From Eledone cirrhosa (lineage: Eukaryota): DNA of 64,000 nucleotides. Both the position numbers and the translations under genes were made by a program. The DNA is taken from positions 40,176,001 through 40,240,000 of the forward strand of contig OZ024744.1 in NCBI GenBank assembly GCA_964016885.1. The letters are read 5' to 3'. The notes under the pieces were generated by a model that saw nothing but the letters and a program-made list of their open reading frames with translations, ran no database searches and was not told where the DNA came from. How positions within the stretch are numbered: the first letter of the stretch is position 1; the number at the start of each line of letters is the position of its first letter. This document shows positions 25,205 to 37,643 of the stretch, one piece after another.

Positions 25205-25760
25205 TCATCATTTTTTAAACGTTTGCTTTCTGTACGGGCATGGGTGAACCACATCCTGTTTGAATCTTCCATATTTAGCTTGGTTTCTGTGGCTGAATGC
25301 CCTTCCTATTATCAACTCTTTTACAGTGTATCACTGCATTTGCACTAACACTTTACAGAGTGTACTGGGTACATCACAAGCGAAGTTATCAAGTTCAAAC
25401 ACTAGCATTATATAATCTACCCTTCACTCAGGGAGAGAAACCTTTTGTTACCAGCAGAGGTAGCAGCTCCCTGAACTTCTACCCTGTTCTCACTCTGGCT
25501 ACAACACTTTCACTACATCCACTGCCACTGTTAATAAGGTCTTTCAGATAACAAAGGCTATTTACTACACTAGCAAGCATTTATAGCATTTGAGGTAATA
25601 TATTTCACAAGTTAAATACACTACTGACTCTTTGCGCATAAGTTACATATAAAGTCAATATGTCAGCCTATCTGTGATCCCACTATATCTCCTGTATGTC
25701 CATTGTACATGAAGAGTACTCAGCATGGAGTTTCATTAAGGCGATGAAGGTTCATATCAG
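25205..25760 (-). mobile_element. highly degraded RTE remnant
   Basis: Residual RVRTG-KFRELLPLLVTKGFS segment and RTE tail motifs. Confidence 0.65.
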
Positions 25761-26304
25761 TATGCTTGAAAGATGAGACATGGGAATAACATTTCTGTTT
25801 AAAATTATCTTCAATTAAACCAATATAATGTTTTCTCTCCATTGTTTGAATAAATGTGTCTGCAGTAACTTGGTCTCAAACACAACTGACTTTATATTAC
25901 ATGCCTGGTCTTATCATAATATAATAAAGGGGGGAGGAGTGTGGGACTGTGTCCTGAATATATTTTTTTATCCCATTAGTAAAATAAGTCAGATTACTTT
26001 GAATAAATAATGAATGAATATTACATAATTTATGTACTAAATTTCGTAACTGTTGATTAAACATAAATATTCTTATATATAATGATTGCTTATTTTAAGA
26101 TTCACTCCTTTTAAAATTTTCAGATGTCAATACTTCCGGTTATGATATAATGGATGCTATATTATATTGCTTGTATAAACGTTCATATATTAGCATATAT
26201 CATAACGTTTATATTGCGTATAATATCAATATGCACACTTCACATGCTAGCAGAAAACCACCCAAAGGGTGGTTTTTCTGCGAGTGTTAATAATAATTGT
26301 TTTT

Positions 26305-26660
26305 ACTTTTGGCACAAGGCCAGCAATTACCCTGTGCGTTACTGGTACTTTATTTTATCAACCCCATAAGGATGAAAGGCAAAGTTGACCTCGGCGGGAT
26401 TTGAACTCAGAATGGCAATGGCTGTAACTCTATCCGTCAAAGAATGGTGTCCGACCCTCTACCGATACTGCAACATAGACACAAGGCTAGAAATTTGATG
26501 GATGGGTTAGACAATTAAATTGACTCCTCCCTCCCTCAACATTTGACTGGTACTTTACTTTATCCATCCCAAAAGGATTAAAGGCAAAACTGACCTCAGT
26601 GAAATTTTAACTCAGAACATAAAGAACTAGAACTAATACTACAAGATATTTTAGTCAACT
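26305..26660 (-). mobile_element. two tandem Deu/Nin-core SINEs; another at 28220-28410
   Basis: ctggtactttattttatc...ggatgaaaggcaaagttgacctc...tttgaactcagaa, twice. Confidence 0.8.
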
Positions 26661-27123
26661 GTCTATCTGACTTATCTGGCCTATATACACATGTAGGGTA
26701 GACAACCCTTGCCTTTCTTGCACTGTCACTGCTAACAACCAGCTATTGCACAGTAATAATACTATTGTGCTTCAACCTTGTCATGTAGAACAGTGGCAGT
26801 GGATAAATACAAAGGCACATCTGCTGATACTAAGCTATTATCTTCCAAAGATAGTAGACCAACAGGCATTATTGTGGAAGCTGAAGATCAAGTCATTCCC
26901 ACTCTCGTAAACTTACAACCTTTATTAACATAAAATTTCTTGCCTTGGCTTCTCTCTGGATCATGTCAATAAGGTGGAAGGTATGTGGTCTATTAGTTAA
27001 CGTGTTGAATGCATGATCTGAAAATCATGGGTTCAATTCTTGGATTAAGTGACACATAGTGTTGTTGAGCAAGATATTTCATATTGTTGCTTTTCATGAC
27101 AGGACCAGAGCCATTACCATTAA

Positions 27124-27326
27124 CCCTTTAATGTTCAAACCGGCCAAAACCAGCCAGAATTCTCTACCTCTTTCTGTTGAAACTCGCTGTAACTGGTCAG
27201 TCAAACTGATGTGAAGGTATTGTTCCCAAAATAAATACTTTTAAAATCTCATAGATTCGTTATTATGTGAGATAATTATGTGAGGTGAAGCATTTACCAT
27301 GAAAATATAATAGTATATATAAAGGG
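27124..27326. mobile_element. piggyBac-type MITE
   Basis: TTAA|CCCTTTA...TAAAGGG|TTAA (TTAA at 27120-27123 and 27327-27330); a diverged relative lies at ~15090-15306. Confidence 0.75.
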
Positions 27327-29907
27327 TTAAAGTCACTAACCTACATGTAGGTAGCCTGTAATAAATATAACGTTGTTTCCTTACTGTCTAAGATAGCAAT
27401 GGGATTAAATTGTTGCAAGGATGTCTGTGTTGGAATGTGTGTACACTTTGGATAAAAAGATTGAAAGATATACTGTAATTTTTGCACAATACCTGAACTG
27501 ATATATGAGTAAAGTAAATATAGCTGCTCTCTCAGAGATTTAACTGGAAGATGATTGTCAGCTGGAAGAGGTTGGAGGTGGTTACATATTTTGTTTGGAA
27601 AGGTATGTCAAAAGGACAATGCAAGAAAGTTGGTGTTGGTTTTGTAGACTATTCAGGGTATATTTCCTATTTCACCAAGTCATAGAAATCATGGTAATAA
27701 GAATTGAGAGAATTCTTCAATTACATGAAAAACATCACAATCTCTCCAGTGTTGGAGCCACAATAAAATATATCTAGTACAGTGTAAAGTGGTTGGTGTT
27801 AGGAAGGGTGTCCAACGATAGAAACTGCTAAAAGATGGAATTTATTGAACAAGAGCTGATCCCTTTGATCTGTCTGGGAGGAGAAAATCTCTGAATAAGT
27901 TCTGTCAAACCCATGCCAACATGAAAAATTGGATATAAAACGATAAAAATGATGATGAAGACAACAAAAAAAGAGGATGATGATAAGAATGTTAATGACA
28001 GGTCTTTTTTCAGTTTCCATTTATCAAATCCCACTTATAACCTATTGCTCAACTTGAAGTTATGGAAGAAGAGACTTTCCTAAAGTGCCATATATATAGA
28101 TCATCTGACCGATTAATCAATAATTACTTAAATAATTAGTAACAATCTCACTGCTGGAATTTATATTTATCTCTTTGTAAATTCCTCCATTACAGAATAA
28201 TTTAATCGTTTTTAATTTGTACACAAGGCCAGATATTTGAAGGGTGGGGATAAGTGCTTTACATCAGCCCCAGTACTTGACTGGTATTTACTTTATTTTA
28301 TTGACCACAGAAGGATGAAAGGCAAAGTTGATACCAGCATGATTTGAAATCAGAACATAAAGAGCCATAATTGAATACCATAAAGCATATTGTTTGGTGC
28401 TGTAGTGTTTCTAATCCAATTTAATGAAAGACCATTAATAGACTCTGGACACTAAGTTTTCTTTATACATGCATTTATAACTGTTAAAGACCTTACATTT
28501 AAGATTTATCATTCAGTATTTACAGAACAGCAATGTTTACTTAGAATTGTTTTCCTGTACATATATATATTCAATTAATTATTCATTGGTCATCAATACT
28601 TTCTTTTTATCATTAAATCTTAATGTCAATCTCATTAAATTAACACAGCCTATAGGCAAGACTCATACTTCCTGGAACATAATTTCTGCTCATATAATTA
28701 CTTTAATTATTACCCTTCAGTCCTTCATTCGTAGCATTATTATCAATAACTTCATATCTTCATATGCTCTGAATAAAAAAAGAAAATTTAACTTTGTGCC
28801 TAACCAAGTAAAAATGCACAAGTGACATTTGCAAATTAGTGAGGAAACTTTTACACATTCATGTGAACTATTTTCTTCTATAATTGGAAGTCACTCCCAA
28901 CAAGGCCCCAAGAAACCAACGAAACAGCAGGCCTCAAACAACCAGTTAATTTGTTGGGAGCTACAAAAGAAAATAAAAAAGAATAAAATATATAGAAAAT
29001 CTAATGAGATGCTGCTTTTGAAATCAGAAAATGATCAGCAGATGAGTGAAAAGAATGAAACCATGGAAACAAGATCAAGGAAGAGAGTTCCATAAGACAA
29101 ATGTTTGAAGAAAGAAACTGCTGGAGTAAAAACTGTTCTTACAAGAAAGGGACAACCACAGTGTAAGTAGAGCCACTCAATTAGCAACTTAAAAGAAGAA
29201 ACAAAGTGAATAAAGTTTGGCAAAATAATAACCATCGAAGTTATTTTCTTGTGATGACAGAGGGGTTGATGTTTAGCTGTCAGAACTAGATCAACCATGT
29301 TAGAAACTCAATATAGAAAACCAAATTTCATAGTGGCTGATATATTAAAATCCTCTTAACTATTTAATTTGTCAACTAAACCTCAGTCTTTCTCTCAAAA
29401 ACTCTCTATCACCATTAAAAATAAGATCACACGTTGTAAATCTTATATTTTGGTCTTGGCAAGAATTTCCCATCTAGATGCTGGATAGGCATAAACTGCA
29501 TCTTATGCTTTCATATTTGTAATGTAAGATTTTTGCAGGATTGAACCATTTGACAATCTATCATACAATATAGTGTTGGCAATTTATTTATTTATTTATA
29601 TTGCAATTATTGAGCACTATTGGTTATGGGTTCCCAATGAACCAATTGCTGCATTTTTGACAGCAAAGAGTTGATAAGGAAGTGTCTGTAACTTATTTGC
29701 AAATCACCAATTTTTAAGTTTTCTTGTCAATGTTTAAATCCTTCATCAAAATGTTAGACTAGAATGAAAGTTCTCTCTGGATTAAGCATGTATTTTACAT
29801 ATTGAAATAGAAGTATTTATGAATGTATTTTAAAACAAAATTTGTTTTCGTTCTAGCATGGTGGATACTTAAATGTATTTGTGAATAAATAATAATATTA
29901 TAATAAT

Positions 29908-30310
29908 ATTTATTTAAATTTCATATTTCTAAAGAAATACAGTATGTTTATAAATAAACATTTAGAAAGCCATAGCTATGAATGACACTTACAGCTAGCG
30001 CCACCAAGTGGTGCTCGGCAGAAGCAAGGGGGACAATCGTCGATGCATTTCAAACTCAATTGGTTTTCATCAGGATGATCTCTCCAGCTCTTACAATTGC
30101 TGGACTTTCTTCCCAGCAGTTGCAAGACTGGGAGAGATCGTCCTGATGAGAACCAGTTGAGTATAAAATGCATCGACAATTGTCCTCCTTGCTTCTGCTG
30201 AGCACCGCTTGGTGGCGTTAGCTGCCAGTGTCGTTCATAGCTACGGCTTTCTAAATTTTTATTTATAAACATACCATATTTCTTTAGAAATAAGAAATTC
30301 AAATACATAT
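29908..30310. repeat. imperfect ~195-bp-arm palindrome carrying a hammerhead motif in each arm
   Basis: 29908-30103 versus 30112-30310 reverse complement, with scattered mostly transition-type mismatches. Confidence 0.93.
30036..30079 (-). ncRNA. minimal type-I hammerhead ribozyme; degenerate mirror copy at 30137-30180 (+)
   Basis: Minus strand: atcatc-CTGATGA-aaac(caattga)gttt-GAAA-tgca-TC-gacgat; stem III palindrome ATGCAT. The consensus of the two arms gives a perfect stem I atcgtc/gacgat. Confidence 0.8.
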
Positions 30311-30762
30311 TTGCATACAGCTATGTTTAAAGCTAAATTCTAATTCTATTTTATAATGATATTATTAATATTCAGTTTGTTTGCAAGCAAACAGCCTCAT
30401 AACACGATGCGTGTTTTCTGGATGACATGGTCATCCTTTTGTTCTAGCGGTTGCTGAGAGAAAACAGTCAACAATTATTTTGAAGTTATTGCCCCTTATC
30501 GAGACTGTGTATCCTTGTCGCTGCTGCCTCCTGGAACTGCTGAGAAAATGCCTGCCTGTGTATTAGCACAACCTCTGGAGTATTTTCCATTTAAGTATGA
30601 AGGGGGTGGAATTCTTCTTGAGGTCCTATATGTAGCCAGCAAATGTTGTTTGGTTTGATTTGTCTAGCTGCTGAAAGAGTGGGTGTGGGCATAACACAAT
30701 GTCTTAAAGTTATTGGATGTCATACCAATGTATTTTTTTGTGCTTATTGTATGTATGCGTGT

Positions 30763-31000
30763 ATCATCATCATCATCAGCGTTTTACGTCCGTTCTTCCA
30801 CGGTAGCATGGGTTAGACGGGTTGTCCTGTTGTGGGCAGTCTGGTCGGCTGGCCATGCCTTGCTCATACAGGAACTGATTTTGGCTTGGTTTCTACAGCT
30901 GGATGCCCTTCCTAACACCAACCTCATTTACAGTGAGTGCTGGGTGCTTTTTCCGTGGCACCTACATGTCCACTTTACAGTGTGGGCTGGGTGCTTTTTT
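30763..31000 (-). mobile_element. RTE 3'-tail-only insertion; similar tails at 13165-13515, 35755-36060, 43235-43460, 44005-44650, 57655-57895 and 59160-59420
   Basis: (cat)n followed by ttctacagctggatgcccttcctaacaccaacc. Confidence 0.85.
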
Positions 31001-31468
31001 GCATGTATGTATATATATATGTGTGTGTAGTTGTGACTATTGCAGATTTCACCATCTTCACCACTAATTGATTTGACAGGTGATACTAAACATTCTTTGG
31101 CTAGAGCCTGATATTACAGCCACTTATAGAAATCTTTTTGTATTTAAGTGTGAATGTGAACCTTGCCTTTTATCTGTCATTGTATTAATGTGTATATTTA
31201 TAAATATAGTTTTTTCAAAGAATCCCTGTTCTTTAAAATCCCTTAACCAATGACCTCTACCCATCCTCAAAATCACCACCTTCCCCAACCTCCAGAAAAT
31301 ATACAAATACTACCGTATTACAAAACTAGTTGGCTTTCTTGATGATTTTCTTTGAATGAAACACTTCTAGTCCTGTAGAAGCCATTTCTGTAATAAAATT
31401 GTTGTTTACACTCTACTAATGTATTGAGTACCTTACTTACTGTGATTACCCCTGATTGAATCCGGGAC

Positions 31469-31502
<34 letters not shown>

Positions 31503-31534
31503 TTTTTTTAATTTATTTATTTTTATTTTATCAT

Positions 31535-31905
31535 TATTTTACGTCTGCTTTTCCCTGCTTGCAAGGGTGGGACGGGAACTGATTCTGGCTTGATTTCTAC
31601 AGCTGGATGCCCTTCCTAACACCAACCTCATTTACAGTGAGTGCTGGGTGCTTTTATTCTGTGGCACCTACACGTCCACTTTACAGTGAGTCCTGGGTGC
31701 TTTTTTGCCATGGCACCTCCATGACCACCATGCAGTGGAATGATAGGGACCCCAGTCCTATCATCTCATTTCTACAGCTGAGTAAACTGGAGCAATGTGA
31801 AATAAAGTGTCTTGCTCAAGAAAACAACACATCACCCGGTCTAAGAATTGAACTCACAACCTTTCGATTGCAAGGCCAATGCTCTAACCACTAAGCCATG
31901 TGCCT

Positions 31906-31908
<3 letters not shown>
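31535..31908 (-). mobile_element. full-length tRNA-derived SINE with RTE tail
   Basis: Minus-strand head ggaggcacatggcttagtggttagagc...gagttcaattc (A and B boxes); RTE-type tail. Confidence 0.9.
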
Positions 31909-31943
<35 letters not shown>

Positions 31944-32016
31944 GTTATTCCGGGTTGAATCGGAGGTTTCTAATGAATGAAACAGTTCTAGTCCTGTAGA
32001 ATCTCATCTATATTAA

Positions 32017-32063
<47 letters not shown>

Positions 32064-32070
<7 letters not shown>

Positions 32071-32415
32071 ACACTTTGGGAGGGTTATGCTGCCAACAAA
32101 AACACACACACCTGTTGGTTTTCACTTCAATTTATTATAAATTTCCTGTTAGCTGGCTCAATAACCAGATGCTTGTTTATATATTGTCAAAGCTCTTTCG
32201 TCACACATTCTGTGACCCCCTCAGTTACTGATTTCATATTTTGTGTCTCTCCTTTGTTCTGTCCTACACCATCTTGTTTTTGTGTGTTTGTGTGTTGATA
32301 TGCAAAATACGAAAACAGTCACTGAGGAGGTCACAGAATGTGTGATGAAATATATAAACAAGCATCTGGTTATTGAAGCAACCAATCAGAAATTTATAAT
32401 AAATTGAAGTGAAAC
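32064..32415 (-). mobile_element. PLE-type terminus with inverted partial copy and two degenerate hammerhead motifs
   Basis: Arms ~32119-32230 and 32316-32415; cores CTGAGGG (32186-32228, -) and CTGAGGA (32322-32350, +) share stem II gtcaca/tgtga(c/t); ends in (TA)n. Confidence 0.8.
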
Positions 32416-32419
32416 TTGG

Positions 32420-33910
32420 GGAAATTGCGGATGCAGGTAATAGGGGAGGGGTGGTTACTGCAAAGGGCGGTGTATGAGAAGGGAGAAGGTTGAGAAAGGT
32501 GTTGCCTACTAGGTATAAGCCTCAGCCCAAAGATAATAGAGGGAGGGCGGGTTTTCTGTAATACTGCATAGCGCCAGAGATCGCGATCCTGTGTCATTGT
32601 GTTGGTGAGGTGAAATTTTGCAAGGTCAGCTTTTATTACCTCATCCCAAGTCTTCCTAAGCCTGCCCACTCCACGGCTACCATCGACTTTGAGCACACTG
32701 CACCTTTTTTTTATAGCTGTTACCATTCATATGCATCACATGTCCATACCAACGCAATCTCCTCTTCTGTATGCAACAACTGATCCCTCTTATGCGTAAT
32801 TTCTCAGGCAGGACATTTATACTTTGCCGATCATATATATTGCTATTGCTCATCCAACGAAGCATGGGGGCTTCATTTCTTTCCAGTCTTTACAGATCCT
32901 CAGCACCAAGTGCCCAGGTCTCGCTGCTGTGCAACGTTGCTGTTCGTATACATGCATCATACAGTCTGCCTTTCATTTTGAGGGGAAAACCTTTTGTAGT
33001 TAGCAATGGTAGTAGCTCCCTGAACTTTCTCTAACCCAATCTCACTCTGGTTACAGTGCTTTCAGAACACCCTCTCTCACTACTGATTTGGTTACCCAGG
33101 TAATACAAACTATGTACCACTTCTACCAAGCCCTCTGAGCATTTGAAAGTGATTGTATCCTGAGGGTTCTTGCTACTTACTGCCCCTGTGCACCAGCCAC
33201 AAATAAAACCTACATTCTTTGTTAGCCCACCTGAGACCCCACTACATCTCTTGTGTACCCACCTGATCTATATGTGATTAGGTGGCTGTCTCATTTTCTG
33301 AAGTTTGTGTTACAGATAAATAGGTCATTGGCATCACAGAATTCCAGTAGTCTGAAGCCTTCCTCATTTCTAGGATCATACCCGTAACCCCAATGGATCC
33401 TATCAAAGCCATCGGAGAGTTGTCCCACCTGTCCGTTGAAGTCACTTGCAATGAGTAGGGAGTCGTTGTTGTTAATTTAGGAGGTAGTGTACATTAGGGA
33501 CTCATAGATCCTGTCTTTTTGTATGTCTGGAAGTCCATATTGAGGAGTGTAGGTAGATATAATTGTCATGATTGTTCTGTTCAGTACAAGTCTAACTTTA
33601 ATTTTGTTTACCCACTTTTCTGCTACCAAAATCCCTACTCCACCCAGCCTGTCATCATTTCCCACCCATAAAAATTTGTAGTGTCGTTTTTTGCCTATGA
33701 GGAATCTAGCTGACATACCTCTCTCCATCTTGTCTCTTCTCCACAGCACACATCAACTTTCATTTGTTCAAGCATCTCTAGAATCTCTCCGGATCTACAT
33801 TTCATGGTGTCAAAGTTGATGTGCCAAGTCTGCAGTTATGGAGTTTGGGGGAAGAGCGAGAGATAGAAGATGGGAACTTGGTGGGGGGAGCCAGTGTTGG
33901 TTTTCCATGT
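32420..33910 (-). mobile_element. RTE LINE with internal deletion (APE joined to the C-terminal region)
   Basis: APE motifs (GGVGILVAEKWV, DFNGQVG, LLEFCDANDLFICNTNF, HLITYRSG) run directly into WVHKRCSG at ~33262; the RT core is absent. Confidence 0.85.
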
Positions 33911-35039
33911 CTGAAATAAAGAAGAAAAGCGATTGCGTGATTGTCCAGAGGTGGTTGGGGGGTTCATATTTGTTGATTAGTAATGCTCCAACAACTTAGT
34001 AATCCATATGCCATATAGAAACAAACATGAGATCGAAAACAACTGTCCTTGGAGGAGATTGAGTTAGCTGGTTGTTAGTTTGTGCTGCAGAGGTATGATT
34101 GGTTGGTGTGGCAATGGTGGTGACAGGGGAATGGTGATATGGCAAAAGAGCATGGTGAAACAGAAAACTAAATTTTACTAGATCATAAGAACATGGTGAA
34201 AGAGAACACAAAATGTTTTAGAGAAGAAGGAAAAAATGGAAAAAATTTGGAAGAGAGAGATAGCGGTCTGTGTAAGGAATGCATGGATTAGGCATGGGTG
34301 GATTGGAGAAGGAAACAAAAAATTTACATTACTTGACAGAAAACATAATAATAATAATAATGAACCATATCTGAGATGAGTTGGGAGTGAAATGAAAGGG
34401 GTTTTAATGTGAGAGCATGGCAAAAACAACATGGGGGAAAGATAAAAACGAAAACAGTATGGTGGAAGGGAAAAGGAAATTTTTCTAGATCATAAGAACA
34501 TGGTGAAAGGAAAAAGGAATTTTTTTTAGAGAGGAAGGAAAAAATAGGAAAAATATGGTTCATTTTCATTGGCACAGTGGATGATGGACTACATCTATCT
34601 GAAATGGAAAAAAAAAACGTTTTGTATATAGAGCTATACGTATGCACGTGTGTATGTGTGTGTGCGCGTGTGTGCATCTTATTATAGATATGTACGAAGC
34701 TAAGAGGAGATGTGTGTATATATGTGAGTAAAAGAGTGTGTGTGTGTGTGCTTGTAAGTAAGTAGCTGTGAACAAAAGTGTGTTAATATAACTGCGTGTG
34801 TGTGTATATACAGAGCAGTGACGGGAAAAGTAGAGGTGTGTGTGCGTATTTTGTTGGTCTGTATCAGCTGTAAGAGTATATGTTTCTAACCATAAGAGAG
34901 CCATAGGAATATAGTGGTAAATGTACAAGAGCGTGTATGATAATAGACGGGGTAAATGTGACGGCGGCAAAGCGTAGAGAGGTAAGCACGAACGTATATG
35001 TGTAATATTAAAGATGACAGGGAGGGGAGTTGAGTCCAT

Positions 35040-35755
35040 GGAGGAAACAGGACATAACGCGGTAAATCAGACTCTGTTCAGTCCTGGTGCATGATGTAAA
35101 AAGACACCAAGGACTGAGACATGTAGAAGAGTAACCTGGATGATGGGAGTATCCATACTGAGTTGTATGTCCTTCAAATGTTCAGCAAAATAGTTTGCCA
35201 AATGGCATCCCCTTTGTCCAATGTATAAGGATCCGCAAATGGAACACCGGAGAGCATATACAACGTGGGTGAAGGTGCAGGTGAAGGAGTTGCAGATATG
35301 GAATGAAACATTGGTGCCTGTGAGAGTGGTGAGGTTGGAAATGAAAGGAGAGGTGTTATATGGGAGACGAGAACAAGGATGAGAGCCAGATGAAGTCGTT
35401 TAAGAGGACGAGAAGGAACTGTGCCAGGAGGTCGCAGAGATTACAGGCTCGCTTAAATGTGGTAATAGGTGGGTTAAGAAATATGTGAGAAGTGACGGGG
35501 TCAGAAGAGAGGGTGCGGAAAGAATTGAGAGTATGTCTCTGGAGAGGTAGGGTAAAGAGTTGGTAGGTGAGAGGGAAAGGAAGGCAGGTGTTGGGAGAAC
35601 TTTGGTGAGGTGAGAAGGCTGCGGTACAGTCGTTTTTATGGAGGCGGGTGAGAGCAGCTTGGATCAAGGTGGGGGGATATCCACGCTGGATGAAGTGGGA
35701 AGCGATGTGAAGGAAATGGGTTTTGAAATTGTGATCCTGGCTACAGAGCCGATCA
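35040..35755 (-). mobile_element. degraded Penelope-like element, thumb/linker + GIY-YIG
   Basis: Minus strand reads SFTCTFTHVVYALRCSICGSLYIGQ...FAEHLKDI; ORF 35356-35667 has PFPLTY...PPITTFKRACNLCDLL. Confidence 0.82.
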
Positions 35756-36571
35756 TCATCATATCATCACTATCATCATTTCACATCCAATTTCCCATGG
35801 TAGCATAGCTTAGACGATTTGTCTCATTGTGAGATCAGATAGCTGTGTCTTGTTCAGACAGAACTATTTCTGGCTTAGTTTCTACGGCTAGATACACTTC
35901 CTAACACCAACCACATTTACAGCATGGACTGGGTGATTTTTGTTGGGACACCAACACAACCATTTCACAGGGTGGACTGGGTAGTTTTTATCATGTCACC
36001 AGCATGACCACTTTACAGTGTGATCTGGGTACTTTTTATTGTGTTACCAACATGACCATTTTATGTATGCAACAGGCTTCTGCAGTTTCTGCCCATCAAA
36101 TTTCATTCACAAGGCATTAGTCTGGTCAGCCCCAGGCTATATATATAGTAGAAGACACTTGCCCAAAGTGCCACACTGAAGGACTGTACCCACAAACATG
36201 TGGTTGTAAAGGAAATTCCTTAATCACATAGTCAACTATGCCTGAATTGTATTTGGAAAGAATGAAAGGAATGTTTGAGGACTCTGTGCCCATAACCCTC
36301 TCAGGTATAAGTGGGCGAAGAAGAAAAGCTCTACCAACTTCACTAAATCACTGCTCTCAGAAACTTGGCTATTAAAACCGACAATGCCAAGATTCTGTTT
36401 ACATCAATTTTATATATTTCCAAAACTGATATATATATAATAATAACATTAATAAAGATGGTGATGTTACATAAATCGTTTATTCATTATTATCTCCAGC
36501 TTGCTCCTGTTTTTACTAAAACAATCTCTTCGGAACACACACACACAAGCACACACACATACATACATACA

Positions 36572-36635
<64 letters not shown>

Positions 36636-36642
<7 letters not shown>

Positions 36643-37627
36643 GTTTGAATATGTATAATAAAACCAAAACAATGCAGGTATGGACATAGAAAAAAGAATG
36701 CAATTGCAATTGCAAAAGATATTGTTGACAATTCGTCTTTTACCTTAGATTTATTTTAAACGTCCTTAATTTTCGAGATAATATCTCTTCTTCAGAGGGA
36801 AATAAAGGTCTCAAACCAGCGTTCTAAATATCTTGCCAAGCCATGCTGACAGGAAATAGTATAGAGTATCTGTTCTATCTCTAATGTCAAAGAGTTAAAA
36901 TTAGGTGGATAAAGAGTAGTCTCCCTTTAAAAGGGGTTTGTTTAGTTGTTTTTTTTATATACATGCCTGTTTAAGTGTGTGGGAGAATGCATGAAGGTGT
37001 AAGTATGTGAGTGTGTGTGTGTGTGAGTGTGAGAAGATAAGTCTATTCGTAAATGTGGGGGATAGGTGTTATCTGGTGTTAGAACTGGTTTTGTGTGTGT
37101 GTGTGAGAGAGAATAAGTGGAGGTGTAAGCGTGTGTGTGTGTGCGTGCGTGTGTGTGTATGGGGTGTGTAAATATGGGGCTAGAAGCCCTATCAGGTTAT
37201 AAATTGGGTGTTGAGTTCTAGTCTATTATTGATAGGTGGTTGTGTTTTATCAGGCATGTATATAAAAAAAAAACCCCTAAACAAACCCCTTTTAAAGGGA
37301 GACTACCCTTTATCCACCTAATTTTAACTCTTTGACATTAGAGATAGAACAGATACTCTATACTATTTCCTGTCAGCATGGCTTGGCAAGATATTTAGAA
37401 CGCTGGTTTGAGACCTTTATTTCCCTCTGAAGAAGAGATATTATCTCGAAAATTAAGGACGTTTAAAATAAATCTAAGGTAAAAGACGAATTGTCAACAA
37501 TATCTTTTGCAATTGCAATTGCATTCTTTTTTCTATGTCCATACCTGCATTGTTTTGGCTTTATTATACATATTCAAACGTTTATACCTCATTACACAAT
37601 GCTTCAAGTGAACTATAACATCCTCCA
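36636..37627 (+). mobile_element. PLE-type inverted pseudo-LTR pair (~335-bp arms) between (TA)n tracts
   Basis: 36636-36969 is the near-identical reverse complement of 37251-37586; only the right arm has a ~40-nt extension (37587-37627) before (TA)n. Confidence 0.9.
37424..37458 (+). ncRNA. minimal type-I hammerhead ribozyme; identical mirror copy at 36764-36798 (-)
   Basis: cct-CTGAAGA-a-gagat(att)atctc-GAAA-at-TA-agg; stem III palindrome AATT. Confidence 0.75.
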
Positions 37628-37643
37628 TATATATATATATATA

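Noticed and set aside
28547-29700. Short ORFs that might be a transposase remnant or exons
   Set aside because: No recognisable motifs or consistent splice signals.
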